Part shown: one piece after another, positions 38,875-49,303 of the stretch
How the letters are laid out: each line of letters begins with the position of its first letter
Numbering within the stretch: position 1 is the stretch's first letter
Program-made: the position numbers and the translations under genes
Notes under the pieces: model-generated
Told to the model about the DNA's origin: nothing
Databases searched by the model: none
The model's input: the letters and a program-made list of their open reading frames with translations, nothing else
From: Candidatus Saccharimonadota bacterium
GTDB lineage: Bacteria; Patescibacteriota; Saccharimonadia; Saccharimonadales; Saccharimonadaceae
Length of the DNA: 64,000 nucleotides
Assembly: GCA_028286285.1 (NCBI GenBank)
Contig: JAQBRV010000002.1
Coordinates: 116,814-180,813 of the forward strand
Direction of reading: 5' to 3'

Positions 38875-40175
38875 GGTTTGACATCGAGAATGACAAGATG
38901 CTCGATATGTGGTGTACGTGGAAAGAAATTATAGCCTTGATGATGATTAATGCCATAGACACTCGCCAGTCGCATAACGTCGCGCGCCTGGGTAGCGGGA
39001 TTACAACTAAGGTAGATGATTCGGGCTGGTTTGGTTTCGAGTAGTCGGTCGATGACGTCCTCGTGCAATCCGGCACGCGGCGGATCGACGATAATCGTAG
39101 CATCCGACGTGATATACTCGACGGCGTCTTCACTGGCGGCCAGAACGGCTTTGACGGTATCTTTCCTGCCGAGTTCGTAGATGTTACGTTTCATTTCGTG
39201 CACCGCGTGCTTGCTGAGCTCGATTAGGGTCAGGTCGTCGCCGCCAATCGTGAGGCCGATTGTCCCGACACCACTGTAGAGATCGACTACCGGGGTGCCC
39301 GCAATAATCCACTGTTTCATATCGCGTAGCGCTTGTTCGTAGACTGGCAAATTGATCTGGAAAAAGCCTTCGGTAGCATAGCGAAATGGGATATCGAGAA
39401 TGGTGTCCGACAGCGTTAGCTCACTCGACGAAGCCAGTCGTTTAGTGATAACACTGGCGGGACTCTGGGGATTGGAATAGATCACTTCGCCGCAGATGCT
39501 TGGTTGTACCGATTCGATAGCTGCTAAGATTTCATCAGCATTGATCGACTCTTCTTTGACGTAGAGTTGCCATGTCACCTCACCCTGGGCGTTGGAGCGG
39601 ATGAGGAGTGTTTTGAGGTCGCGTCCGCCAATCTTGAGACCATTAAGAACACTGACGATAACTTTCGACATGACGGTAATAGCTGGTGACGCCAGGCTCA
39701 TCTGGTCGATGGCGATCTTGCCATGGGTGCCGCGCCGAAAAAAGGCCAGACTGAGTTTTTCGGTTTCGGTGTCGAACCAAAAACTATACTCAATTTTATT
39801 ACGGTATTCATATTGATTACCGTCGGTGAAGACTTCAATCGGGTTCGGTAAAACAATATCATGCTGTTCGAAGGCTTCTTCGATCAGGGCAGCCTTGTAA
39901 TGTTGCTCGGCTTCGAAAGCCATTATTTGCCAGGGGCTGGTAGAGAGATAGCTGTCTGGATCTCGAGGCTCGACGCGTTCTTTGCTGGGTGTCTGGACGT
40001 TCGTCACCGTACCTTCAAGATAGTTCGATTTCTTTTTCGACACGGCCACCTCGACTGTTTCGCCGGGCAGACCGCCCCATGTTAGGACTTTTTTGCCATC
40101 AGCACCAGTGCCAATGGCTTGTCCCCCGCCGATGATACGTGAAAGTGTAACGGTGACGGGGTCGAACTGCTTCAT
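38871..40175 (-). CDS. RumA/TrmA-family RNA (uracil-5)-methyltransferase with TRAM-like N-terminus
   Basis: 434 aa. DLYSGVGTIGL, VDPPRAGL and YLSCNPATQARD motifs. Confidence 0.85.
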   Translation of the reverse strand: MKQFDPVTVTLSRIIGGGQAIGTGADGKKVLTWGGLPGETVEVAVSKKKSNYLEGTVTNVQTPSKERVEPRDPDSYLSTSPWQIMAFEAEQHYKAALIEEAFEQHDIVLPNPIEVFTDGNQYEYRNKIEYSFWFDTETEKLSLAFFRRGTHGKIAIDQMSLASPAITVMSKVIVSVLNGLKIGGRDLKTLLIRSNAQGEVTWQLYVKEESINADEILAAIESVQPSICGEVIYSNPQSPASVITKRLASSSELTLSDTILDIPFRYATEGFFQINLPVYEQALRDMKQWIIAGTPVVDLYSGVGTIGLTIGGDDLTLIELSKHAVHEMKRNIYELGRKDTVKAVLAASEDAVEYITSDATIIVDPPRAGLHEDVIDRLLETKPARIIYLSCNPATQARDVMRLASVYGINHHQGYNFFPRTPHIEHLVILDVKP

Positions 40176-40182
40176 AATCTAA

Positions 40183-40563
40183 CTAGACGTCTTTACGCGC
40201 AAGGTCAACAGCTTTGGTAATTCCCCATGTGACGAGGGCGTAGACAGCGGCTGCTAGGAGTGTTTCCACTTCAAGGCGAGACACGCCAGCCTGGAACTCG
40301 CCGACCTGCAACAGACCTCTAAATGGTGCAACCAGTGGATCAGTTAGGGCGTAAATGAAACTGGCAAAACTATTATCGAGATTAGCACCAAGCATCGCAA
40401 GTACGGCTCGCACTAAGAGTAGCGCAATCAAAACGCCCGCAATGTACCAAATAATCTGAGTCACTTTAGATACTTGTCGATCATGTTCCACCTCTGGTGC
40501 AGTGGCGGTGGCGTTTGTTTCGACGACTTCCGTCGTTCGTTTTGTAGTCGGATCTTCGTTCAT
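40183..40563 (-). CDS. YggT family membrane protein
   Basis: 126 aa. IALLLVRAVLAMLGANLDNSFASFIYALTDPLVAPFR matches YggT. Confidence 0.7.
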   Translation of the reverse strand: MNEDPTTKRTTEVVETNATATAPEVEHDRQVSKVTQIIWYIAGVLIALLLVRAVLAMLGANLDNSFASFIYALTDPLVAPFRGLLQVGEFQAGVSRLEVETLLAAAVYALVTWGITKAVDLARKDV

Positions 40564-40634
40564 ACAATGTTCCTCCCTTATGTATCTATACTATAGCATA
40601 GAATCACTGGCTGGAGCCACGCCCGGAGCCGTGA

Positions 40635-42995
40635 ATGCGGTACAATAAAGGCATGGATATAAGCACGAGTGGATTTTCTGATGAACTGCCTGTCTTCAAT
40701 TTCCGCCAAGCAATTGTGGACGCTGTTGATAGCAACCAGGTAACGATTATTACGGCTGAGACTGGTGCTGGCAAGAGTACCCAAGTGCCGCAATATCTAG
40801 CTGAGCACGGCTACAGCAAAGTGGTTGTAACCCAGCCGCGCATCTTGGCAGCTCGCAATCTTTCGCGACGAGTGCGTGAAGAGTGGGCGCTGAGGACAGG
40901 CAGCGACAGCGAACTGGTTATTGGCTACCGAACGGCTCACGAGCGCGATGACTCACCGAATACTGCCATATTGTACTGTACCGATGGATTACAGCTAGTG
41001 CGTGAGATTACTGGCGCTGGTATCACTGAGCGCCAAGTACTGATTCTGGATGAAGTACATGAGTGGAACGAAAACATGGAAGTCTTGATTGCTTGGGCGA
41101 AAAAACGCTGTCAGGAAGAGCCGCGCTTTAAAGTCGTGATTATGAGCGCGACCATCGAGACTGACAGTTTGGCTAGCTTCTTTGATACCCCCGCCGTGAT
41201 CGATATACCGGGACGTAGCTTCGAAGTAAAAAAGCGCACCGGAACCGATGTGATCAGTGAGATTATCGACTCCATACAGTCACGAGCCAGTAATGTATTG
41301 GTATTTTTGCCGGGCAAAGCTGAGATTCAAGATGTAACCGATGCGATTGCCAAAAAAGCCAGTGCCGCTGGCGTGCCAATCATTCCTCTGCATTCACAGC
41401 TCGAAGCCACCGCCCAGCAGCAGGCATTTGCCGGTTATCCGAATGGCAAAGTGATCCTAGCTACGAATATTGCTCAGACGAGCGTCACGATCGACGACAT
41501 CGATGTGGTGATTGATAGCGGGCTGGAGCGGCGCAGCGAAGTGCGTAGCGGCGTGGAGGGCTTATTCATCGCCCAGATATCCCAGGCCGACTGTTTACAG
41601 CGTGCGGGACGTGCCGGCCGCACCAAGGCCGGTGAGTATATCCTAGCACCGTACGATACCTTGCCTTGTCTGCCCTTTGAAGAGCGACCGGCCTACGCCA
41701 CACCGGAAATCTTGCGCAAACATATTGATCGTCTGACGCTGCGACTGGCCAACGTCGGTATGGACATCGAACAACTCGATTTTTATCACGACCCGAGTAC
41801 GAAAGCTATCCAGCGCGCCAAGCGAACACTTATTGCTCTCGGAGCACTGACATCCTCGGGCGACGTCACCAAAATCGGCCGCGCTATGGAGCAGTATCCA
41901 GTTGAATCGAGTTATGCCCGCATGCTCGTCGAGGCGCAGTCGCAATCATCAGATATACAGTCAAAACTGGCGGCGATTATTGCTATTCAGGAAATTGGTG
42001 GCATCGTCAAAGGTGGCACGCGCTACACCGGCTGGCATAAATTCACGAAGCAGTCAAAATCCGACCTCCTCGCGCAATATGATGTATTCTTGGCACTGCC
42101 GAATATCTACCCTGAAGATTACGAAGAGCTCGGCATTATTAGTAAAAACATCAGTAAGGCTCGTGAGGTTATGCAACGCCTCAACCATGATTTACGTGAT
42201 ATAGAACTCGACGATACATTACTTACGCCGATTACTGACGACGAGCAAGATGAACTGATGCGCTGTATTATTGCCGGTCAGATTGACCAGCTATGGGTCG
42301 TGGACGAAACCGGCGCGGCCACGCATATTGCTTCCAAGGTGACGCGTGAACTCTCGAGCAGTACGGTGGTTCGGAACCCAAAGCTTGTCGCCGGGACGCC
42401 ATTCGACCTCCAGGTTCCAGCTCGTGATGGCTCACTGCAGACCCTCCATCTCGTACAGGGCGTAACGGCCGTCAATACCGACTGGCTGATCGATCTTGCT
42501 CCCGAACAGTTCGCAAGTAGACGTGGCCGTATGATGTACGATCCGCACACTGGCAGATTGGCAACTCGTCAGCAAGTTCGCGCCGGCAAGCAAGTACTCG
42601 AAGGCACGGGTATCCCGGTTACGAAGAACACCAAACAGAATCAGCAAATCTTTCAGGAGACATTCAGTCGCTGGGCATACGACCAATTAGAGCGCGAACG
42701 CCGCAGTCTGGCTGGACGTCACACCAAGCGAGTGCCGGCTATTTCGATTTCGCAGATCAAGCAACGAGTGCATGCCGCCGCAGGAGGCATTATCAGTTTA
42801 GAAAATCTGCCCGCCCAAAAACGTCAGCAACTGATTGCCACATCAAAACTCGTCACCTATCTCGGTGCCGATTTTATGAATCAATTAGCCTCGACCTTCA
42901 GACGCAACCAAACAGGTGGCCAGCCGCGTAGTCGCCGGGGTTGGCAACCCGCCCATAAGCGGTCATACAGTCGCGCGCCAAAACATCGCCGCTAG
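40635..42995 (+). CDS. DEAH-box ATP-dependent helicase (HrpA/HrpB-like)
   Basis: 786 aa. TGAGKSTQVPQYL, LDEVHEW, SATI, TNIAQTSVTIDDI and QRAGRAGR. The start could instead be ATG 40653. Confidence 0.88.
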   Translation: MRYNKGMDISTSGFSDELPVFNFRQAIVDAVDSNQVTIITAETGAGKSTQVPQYLAEHGYSKVVVTQPRILAARNLSRRVREEWALRTGSDSELVIGYRTAHERDDSPNTAILYCTDGLQLVREITGAGITERQVLILDEVHEWNENMEVLIAWAKKRCQEEPRFKVVIMSATIETDSLASFFDTPAVIDIPGRSFEVKKRTGTDVISEIIDSIQSRASNVLVFLPGKAEIQDVTDAIAKKASAAGVPIIPLHSQLEATAQQQAFAGYPNGKVILATNIAQTSVTIDDIDVVIDSGLERRSEVRSGVEGLFIAQISQADCLQRAGRAGRTKAGEYILAPYDTLPCLPFEERPAYATPEILRKHIDRLTLRLANVGMDIEQLDFYHDPSTKAIQRAKRTLIALGALTSSGDVTKIGRAMEQYPVESSYARMLVEAQSQSSDIQSKLAAIIAIQEIGGIVKGGTRYTGWHKFTKQSKSDLLAQYDVFLALPNIYPEDYEELGIISKNISKAREVMQRLNHDLRDIELDDTLLTPITDDEQDELMRCIIAGQIDQLWVVDETGAATHIASKVTRELSSSTVVRNPKLVAGTPFDLQVPARDGSLQTLHLVQGVTAVNTDWLIDLAPEQFASRRGRMMYDPHTGRLATRQQVRAGKQVLEGTGIPVTKNTKQNQQIFQETFSRWAYDQLERERRSLAGRHTKRVPAISISQIKQRVHAAAGGIISLENLPAQKRQQLIATSKLVTYLGADFMNQLASTFRRNQTGGQPRSRRGWQPAHKRSYSRAPKHRR

Positions 42996-43141
42996 GCTAT
43001 TTCTGCTGAGATTTGAGTTTTTTCTTCAAGATGCGCTTACGTGAGGCACCGTGCATGTTTCGTTGTTTTGCCATGAGGTTTTTGTCCAATCTTTATAATC
43101 TACCAATCATACCACGGTCAGAGGTAGGAAGCGAGGCTGCA

Positions 43142-43606
43142 CTAGATTGCGTTATTGGCAGCGGCTTCAAGTTTGGCCACATTGATCTTGGTCATCTTGA
43201 GCATCGCTTGCATGACGCGGCTGGCTTTTTCTTGGTCAGGATCACCCATTAGCTCGCCTAACCGTGTGGGTATGATCTGCCACGAGACACCGTATTTGTC
43301 CTTGAGCCAGCCGCATTGGCCAGGGGCGCCGCCGTCGGCCGTCAGGTTATCCCAGTAGTAATCCACCTCAGCTTGGTCGGTGCAGCTGACAAATAACGAC
43401 ATGCCGTCTTCGAATTTGAAGTGGTCACCACCATCCATCGCCGCAAACTCCGTACCGTTGAGCTCGAATGACGCGTGCAATAGTTGGTCGCTACCGGGCA
43501 TTGTCATGACTTGATTAATCTTCGAATTTTTAAAGAGTGAGCAGTAGAAATCGACTGCTTCTTTACCATGATCTTTGAATGTTAAAAAGGTTGTTACCTG
43601 GCTCAT
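43142..43606 (-). CDS. VOC-superfamily protein (PhnB / 3-demethylubiquinone methyltransferase-like domain)
   Basis: 154 aa. TFLTFKDHGKEAVDFYCSLF .. GWLKDKYGVSWQI. Confidence 0.75.
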   Translation of the reverse strand: MSQVTTFLTFKDHGKEAVDFYCSLFKNSKINQVMTMPGSDQLLHASFELNGTEFAAMDGGDHFKFEDGMSLFVSCTDQAEVDYYWDNLTADGGAPGQCGWLKDKYGVSWQIIPTRLGELMGDPDQEKASRVMQAMLKMTKINVAKLEAAANNAI

Positions 43607-43625
43607 AGTGCTCTCCTTATATATT

Positions 43626-44012
43626 TTATGAACTCAGTACTGACAGAATGTTTCCCGCAGGATCTTTGAACCACGCAATGTCCGGGCCTTGGTTGGCGGC
43701 TTTGCCGCGCATGATACCCTTGTCGTCCTGCCCGCCAGGCATATCAGGATACCGTTCAAAGACGACTCCCTTGGTTGTGAGATCATCGACGACGCTGTCG
43801 ATGTCATCAACAGGAAAATTGAGTACCGTGAAAGTCGCTGGCACGTGATCATCTTTTTGATACAAGAAGACGACGACACCATTTGAAAATGTGAGCTTGA
43901 GCCCCATCCAGTCCTCGGTGACGGTTAGTCCGAGAACGTCTTGGTAAAATTGCTTGGCCATCGCCATGTCAGCGACCGAGTACCCACTAAACACTTTACT
44001 ATCGTTTAACAT
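43626..44012 (-). CDS. Glyoxalase/bleomycin-resistance (VOC) family protein
   Basis: Start at MLNDSKVF (ATG 44012), preceded by GAGGAGG. AKQFYQDVLGL .. FKDPAGNIL. Confidence 0.75.
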   Translation of the reverse strand: MLNDSKVFSGYSVADMAMAKQFYQDVLGLTVTEDWMGLKLTFSNGVVVFLYQKDDHVPATFTVLNFPVDDIDSVVDDLTTKGVVFERYPDMPGGQDDKGIMRGKAANQGPDIAWFKDPAGNILSVLSS

Positions 44013-44143
44013 TGCTACCTCCTCTTTATGCATCTAGTATACTCCTAGTCGACGAAGGACGTCTGTAAATTGATGACGCTTAATAGCCACCATCTTCGTA
44101 TCGACAGGAGTATAATGAAGGTTATAAGGCTAACAGAGGATAT

Positions 44144-44605
44144 ATGGAAACAAGCGAGCAAACTCAAACCAATTCGACAAACAAATCAATAAAATATGTA
44201 GTATTGGGCGTCGTCGTCCTCATCTTAATTATTGGGATTGTTGCATATCTTCTGGTGGCTCCTAAAGCAGCTAGTCCATCGGGCATGGTCAGCTCAGACT
44301 GTTCAAGCATGCTCAAGCGAGAATCAGTCGACATCACCTATACGAAGGACAATAAATTTAGCCCGGGTTGCGTGGAAGTGACCGCAGGCACGAAACTGGT
44401 ATACCTGAACCAAAGTCAAAGCATGTTGCAAGTTGGTGCTGATCCGCACCCTATCCATGATGGCAATAAGGAGCTCTCAAACGGAGAGTTTGTCCTCGAG
44501 GTTGCCGAAGGTGGCACTGCCTCATCTGTAGTGCATGAAACAGGCACATTCGGCATACATAATCATTTGAACCCTAGCGCAACTGCTACCGTAGTAGTTA
44601 AATAA
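44144..44605 (+). CDS. Membrane-anchored cupredoxin-fold-like protein
   Basis: 153 aa. TM anchor, then FSPGCVEVTAGTKLVYLNQS..HPIH..GTFGIHNHLNP. The fold assignment is tentative. Confidence 0.45.
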   Translation: METSEQTQTNSTNKSIKYVVLGVVVLILIIGIVAYLLVAPKAASPSGMVSSDCSSMLKRESVDITYTKDNKFSPGCVEVTAGTKLVYLNQSQSMLQVGADPHPIHDGNKELSNGEFVLEVAEGGTASSVVHETGTFGIHNHLNPSATATVVVK

Positions 44606-44611
44606 GGTTTA

Positions 44612-44815
44612 CTAAGCGCCAAGCATTTGTAGTACGTGGTACACCAAGAAGCCTGGCCATACCAATGCCTCAAGAAATGCATAGACAAAATCGCCGAAAT
44701 CATTCGCACCTTGGCAGAAGTGGATGAATGCTCCTACGAATGCTGTAAACATGACAAACCCTGCAGGGGCGTGGCGGTTCATCCCCTTATATGATACGTG
44801 ATCGCCTTTTTTCAT
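44612..44815 (-). CDS. Small membrane protein
   Basis: 67 aa with two hydrophobic helices. Confidence 0.45.
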   Translation of the reverse strand: MKKGDHVSYKGMNRHAPAGFVMFTAFVGAFIHFCQGANDFGDFVYAFLEALVWPGFLVYHVLQMLGA

Positions 44816-44909
44816 AGATATGCTCCTTTTAGATAGTAACTACAGTATAGCAAACAATTTGCTTAAAGATGCATGAGCTTAAATTCGGGAAGCTGGTATA
44901 CTATGTGGT

Positions 44910-46277
44910 ATGACAAAGCAGCAGAGATTAGTATTGTTTATCGCTATCTTGGCTTCGTTCGTGGCTTTTCTTGATGGGTCGGTTGTCGGCGTGGCACTCC
45001 CCTCAATCAGTGAACAGCTTGGTGGCGGACTTTTGACGCAGCAATGGGTCAATGATGCCTACTTAATCACGCTCGGTACACTGATATTGACCGCTGGATC
45101 CCTCTCGGATATATTTGGCCGCAAAACAATTCTTAGTATTGGATTATACGGTTTTTTGGTCGCTTCAATACTGTGCGCAATTGCCCCCACTGATCTATTT
45201 CTCATAATCTCACGGGGGCTGCAAGGTATCGCCGGTGCCCTGCTGGTGCCGAGCTCCTTGGCGCTCATCATTAGCACATTCTCTGGACAAGCTCAGTCAA
45301 AGGCTATTGGCACATGGACGGCCTGGACGGGGATCGCATTTGTGATTGGTCCGCTCGTCGGTGGTCTGCTGGTTGATTTCGCATCGTGGCGATGGGTCTT
45401 CGCTATCAATGTTATACCAATCGCGATCGCCCTGTGGTTTGTCCGTTCCCTCGCCGTGTCCGCTGATAAACCTCAACACAAAAATGTCGATGTGCTCGGT
45501 ATTATTCTCGGGATCGTCGCGCTTGGTGGTATCGTCTATGCCCTCATTGAACAAGGAAACTATGGATGGCACAGCCCGCAGATTTACGGCACGTTTGCGC
45601 TGGGTGTGATTGCGATGAGCGCCTTTCTCTTCCATGAACACCGAACCCCATACCCTATGCTGCCACTCAGGTTATTTAAGGTCCAGAACTTCAGTGTGGG
45701 AAATCTTGCAACATTCTTTATTTATGCTGCCCTATCCCTCCAGGGTTTCCTACTCGTTATATTCTTGCAGCAAACCGCCGATTTCTCGGCACTAGCAGCA
45801 GGCCTTGCATCCGTTCCGATCACGATCATACTGTTCATACTATCTCCCCGCTTTGGTGCACTGTCGGGTAAATATGGGCCCCGATGGTTTATGGCGCTGG
45901 GACCAATCGTCTCTGGGCTGGGTGTGCTACTCTTGCTGGGCGTCAACTTGCCAGTTCAGTACTGGACGCAACTGTTGCCAGGTATCCTCCTATTTGGGCT
46001 CGGTCTCTCAGCAACAGTCGCGCCGCTTACCTCGGCAATCCTTGGTTCAATTCAACCGTCGCAAGCTGGTATCGGATCGGCGATCAATAATGCCGTGGCT
46101 AGGATCGCTGGATTACTGGCGATCGCGGCAATCGGGATTTTTATCGGCCACAGCGTTTCGCTGCAAGGGTTTCATCAGGGATTGCTTCTATGTGCCGGAC
46201 TCTTGATTGCGGGTGGGATAATTGCAGCGATTGGGATAGAGAATAGATCTGTCAAAGCCCCAGTCAACCCCAACTAG
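44910..46277 (+). CDS. MFS transporter (DHA2/EmrB-like, about 14 TM)
   Basis: 455 aa. LDGSVVGVALPSI and GSLSDIFGRK motifs. Confidence 0.85.
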   Translation: MTKQQRLVLFIAILASFVAFLDGSVVGVALPSISEQLGGGLLTQQWVNDAYLITLGTLILTAGSLSDIFGRKTILSIGLYGFLVASILCAIAPTDLFLIISRGLQGIAGALLVPSSLALIISTFSGQAQSKAIGTWTAWTGIAFVIGPLVGGLLVDFASWRWVFAINVIPIAIALWFVRSLAVSADKPQHKNVDVLGIILGIVALGGIVYALIEQGNYGWHSPQIYGTFALGVIAMSAFLFHEHRTPYPMLPLRLFKVQNFSVGNLATFFIYAALSLQGFLLVIFLQQTADFSALAAGLASVPITIILFILSPRFGALSGKYGPRWFMALGPIVSGLGVLLLLGVNLPVQYWTQLLPGILLFGLGLSATVAPLTSAILGSIQPSQAGIGSAINNAVARIAGLLAIAAIGIFIGHSVSLQGFHQGLLLCAGLLIAGGIIAAIGIENRSVKAPVNPN

Positions 46278-46301
46278 TGTAATCGTCAACACCAATAACC
46301 C

Positions 46302-46955
46302 TTATTGCAGAAGATTAGCGTAAGCGGCGAGGAAAACTGTGCTGACCTTGCCATTGCAATCAAACGAGAAGGAAATAACTTTCTGGTTACCCGCCTTTCC
46401 GACGACGGCGCTATCCGGGAAATACTGAGCGTAACCACCGTTGCTGTATGTGCTGAGGGTCGAGTCTGGCAACGAGAAATTATAATCCCATGCTGTACTA
46501 TCAGACGTGATGAAGTCGGTAACTGCCAAGACCGCTTCCGTAGGTGTCTTTTGACCGAGTCCTTCTGAGGCGGCAATGATCACGTTGACACTTGAGGCCA
46601 TGTAGCCTTCCAGCGCAGCGGTGTTGCCAGAGGTTATCGAAGCTTTGATATTGTCGATAGTAGCTGCGCTTGGTGGTTTAGGGGTGCAGGCTGTTTGTTC
46701 GGATGTGCCACCCGTGGCGATATTTTTAGCTTTTTCAGCCGCTAAGTCTTTTTCCAACTTCGTATTCTTCTGCTGCAGAGAGGTTATGTCAGCGGCCTGT
46801 TGTTTGGCGGCTGCGTCGCGCCACCAGTACGCGGTACCTGCGGCTGCTCCTACTAAGAGTAGTACCAGTAGGCTGAGCAAGATCGTCTTTTTACGATTAC
46901 TCCTAGTGTGTTTTGTCGGTTGTGCACTTGTGACTGGTTCAGTTTCCGTGTCCAT
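46302..46955 (-). CDS. Membrane-anchored extracytoplasmic hypothetical protein
   Basis: 217 aa. N-terminal TM helix, a coiled segment, then a globular C-terminus. No motif recognised. Confidence 0.55.
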   Translation of the reverse strand: MDTETEPVTSAQPTKHTRSNRKKTILLSLLVLLLVGAAAGTAYWWRDAAAKQQAADITSLQQKNTKLEKDLAAEKAKNIATGGTSEQTACTPKPPSAATIDNIKASITSGNTAALEGYMASSVNVIIAASEGLGQKTPTEAVLAVTDFITSDSTAWDYNFSLPDSTLSTYSNGGYAQYFPDSAVVGKAGNQKVISFSFDCNGKVSTVFLAAYANLLQ

Positions 46956-47128
46956 GTAGCCTCCTTAGCTTGTTAATTCAAGGATACCATAAACATAAGG
47001 ATTAAAGTCTATTGCACATGACTTTTAGACGTTGAATTATACACGACACCACTCCGTGTCCAATTCGCTTTAGCGCCGTCACACCGCTAATTTGTACCCG
47101 TAGTCCTACCGAGCCTATAATTATTAGT

Positions 47129-47686
47129 ATGGATGTAGTGGAGCAAGCATTTAGAGAAGTTAATCGGACGGATTTTGTGCCTGATGCAATGCGTGACAAG
47201 GCTTCTATTGATGCACCATTACCGATCGGTTTTGGACAAACTATTAGCCAGCCTTCGACTGTTCGGAGCATGTTGAGATGGCTCGATGCCAAGCCCGGAA
47301 ATGATGTGTTGGACGTAGGTTCCGGTTCGGGCTGGACCACGGCACTATTGTCTTATATTGTTGGGTCCCGCGGGAGGGTTTTTGCTGTCGAAAGGATACC
47401 CGAGTTAGTAGAATTAGGACGGGATAATATTAATAAGGACGGCGTCTCAAATGTCCAGTTCTTTCAAGCGATCAAAGAGATCGGACTTCCTGAATATTCG
47501 CCATATGACCGGATACTCGTGAGCGCATCGGCGCAAAAATTACCTAAAGTATTACTAGGTCAATTGAAAACGGGAGGCAAGCTCGTTGTTCCTGTTAGAA
47601 ATGATATTTTAGAAATTACCAGAACAGCAAAACATGGCTTTAGAACCAAGGTTCATCCTGGTTTCGTTTTCGTACCACTTCTTTGA
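47129..47686 (+). CDS. pcm: Protein-L-isoaspartate O-methyltransferase
   Basis: 185 aa. GQTISQPSTVRSML and VLDVGSGSGWTTALL. Confidence 0.85.
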   Translation: MDVVEQAFREVNRTDFVPDAMRDKASIDAPLPIGFGQTISQPSTVRSMLRWLDAKPGNDVLDVGSGSGWTTALLSYIVGSRGRVFAVERIPELVELGRDNINKDGVSNVQFFQAIKEIGLPEYSPYDRILVSASAQKLPKVLLGQLKTGGKLVVPVRNDILEITRTAKHGFRTKVHPGFVFVPLL

Positions 47687-47689
47687 TAT

Positions 47690-47721
47690 GGGTTGAGGTG
47701 GTGGATATGATTTGGCAAGAA
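47690..47721. repeat. Degenerate junction-box-like sequence (outlier)
   Basis: GGGTTGAGGTGGTGGATATGATTTGGCAAGAA compared with the box TGGCTGGGGTTAGTGGATATGGTTAGAA. Roughly two thirds identity with one gap. Confidence 0.3.
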
Positions 47722-47773
47722 TCCTGATAATCATGAGCCCCAATGGGAATGCATATCGTAACCCCAAAAGGCT

Positions 47774-48340
47774 TTACGACTCGGTGTTATCGTACAGCCA
47801 GCGTTTTAAGACCCTTTGAGTCAAAAATGGCATCAATAGATAGGTCAGAATAATCGGCGCCAGGACTGGCAAAAATAGTGCTCGGATCCAGACGGGCCAA
47901 TCTGCAATGTAGGGAGCCAAGAATACCGAGAAGAGCAAACTTATCGGGTAAATCGCAATAAAGGTAGCTACTACCATTTTCCACTTTGGCGGTGGTGTAA
48001 TTTGCTGGCCTGGAATCTCAAACCAGGTTTCGAGCCCAGTAGCCTTGACAGCAGTATCTATGTGGGCGATATTTCCCATGGCTTTCATCATCTTTCGACG
48101 TATAGGAGAACTCAACCACGCTTCAAGGTGGTTCGTAGTATCAAAACGTAAAACGGTCTGGAAGCTGTCTTTACGGGTCGGAGATTGCAGCGTGGTAACT
48201 CCCATATGTCCAGGAAAAGTACGGGCTACTTTATGAATGTCATGCATCATACGCTCAAACACCTGCACATTACCTTGTTTCACCGTCCAGCTGAACACTG
48301 TGGTGACTGGTTCGTTGGAGAATTTGTTTGATTGTGCCAT
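47774..48340 (-). CDS. ABM (antibiotic biosynthesis monooxygenase-like) domain protein with C-terminal TM helices
   Basis: 188 aa. FPGHMGVTTLQS..FQTVLRFDTTNHLEAWLSSP, then two hydrophobic helices. Confidence 0.6.
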   Translation of the reverse strand: MAQSNKFSNEPVTTVFSWTVKQGNVQVFERMMHDIHKVARTFPGHMGVTTLQSPTRKDSFQTVLRFDTTNHLEAWLSSPIRRKMMKAMGNIAHIDTAVKATGLETWFEIPGQQITPPPKWKMVVATFIAIYPISLLFSVFLAPYIADWPVWIRALFLPVLAPIILTYLLMPFLTQRVLKRWLYDNTES

Positions 48341-48400
48341 GACTACCTCCTATCTACCCACTCTTATATTATATGCCTACAAGAAAGAGGGAGCAAAGCC

Positions 48401-48430
48401 TGGCTGGGGTTAGTGGATATGGTTAGAATT
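48401..48430. repeat. Junction box copy (outlier, overlaps the stop of the GDPD gene)
   Basis: TGGCTGGGGTTAGTGGATATGGTTAGAATT. Confidence 0.6.
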
Positions 48431-49268
48431 TTTGATCTTGAGTGTTATTTTTACTTCGTAAAAACGGTAACCTCGATCGTTGACGATGCTGGTGCGGAGC
48501 GTCAACAAATGCATAGCGTGCACCTTTGATTTTGCGAACATCCTGCTCATCACGAGTCCACCACCAAGCGCCTATGTGGAGATTGAGTTTCTTTGCTTTT
48601 TTAATAAGCTCTGGCGTAATGTCATTACCATCTGGATGGTAGCTGTAGAGCCCCTGTGCTGAGGCCCATTCTAAACCTTCGTCGGTGACTTTGTTGACAA
48701 TAATTTCGTGCACGACAGTCGATGGGAGAAGCTTCATCGACACCAGGAGCATCGACCGGTCTTCTGAAGATATAATAATTTTCGGTTTTGTCAGCTTACG
48801 GCTCACTGCGCTACGATTTATATCATCAAGCCAGCCTGTTGAATGAAGTAGCTCGGCAACTTTTTGGGGCAAAGTAGGCTGATTTTTCTTTAGCTCAATA
48901 TGAACGTAGGCCTTCCCTCTTAAGAGTTTTAGCACTTCCAGAAGCGAGGGAATGGTTTGGTCTTTGTAGTTTGTACCGAACCATGAACCGGCATCTAGCA
49001 TTTTTAACTCAGCGTAGGTATGGTCTTTTAGTGCCCCACTGCCATTCGTCGTTCGATCTATAGTGGTGTCGTGCATAATCATCGGGACACCATCTTTGGT
49101 GAGCTGTACATCAAATTCAATATCTTTATAACCTCGATCGATAGCCATCATAAAAGCGGCATGCGTATTCTCGGGAGCGTGGATGGAATAACCACGATGG
49201 GCTACAAGCGTCGTACGTTTAAACACAATCTTAGTATACAAGATGAAAACGATGTGCAACACTAGCAT
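48423..49268 (-). CDS. Glycerophosphodiester phosphodiesterase family protein
   Basis: 281 aa. VAHRGYSIHAPENT..EFDVQLTKDGVPMIMHDTTIDRTTNG. Confidence 0.85.
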   Translation of the reverse strand: MLVLHIVFILYTKIVFKRTTLVAHRGYSIHAPENTHAAFMMAIDRGYKDIEFDVQLTKDGVPMIMHDTTIDRTTNGSGALKDHTYAELKMLDAGSWFGTNYKDQTIPSLLEVLKLLRGKAYVHIELKKNQPTLPQKVAELLHSTGWLDDINRSAVSRKLTKPKIIISSEDRSMLLVSMKLLPSTVVHEIIVNKVTDEGLEWASAQGLYSYHPDGNDITPELIKKAKKLNLHIGAWWWTRDEQDVRKIKGARYAFVDAPHQHRQRSRLPFLRSKNNTQDQKF

Positions 49269-49303
49269 TTACTGATACACTTAGCGAATGAGTTTATATA
49301 CTG

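Noticed and set aside
42997-43074. 25-aa basic minus-strand ORF (MAKQRNMHGASRKRILKKKLKSQQK) as a possible small ribosomal protein.
   Set aside because: It does not match L34, L36 or other small ribosomal protein sequences I know, has no visible SD, and is too short to support from sequence alone.
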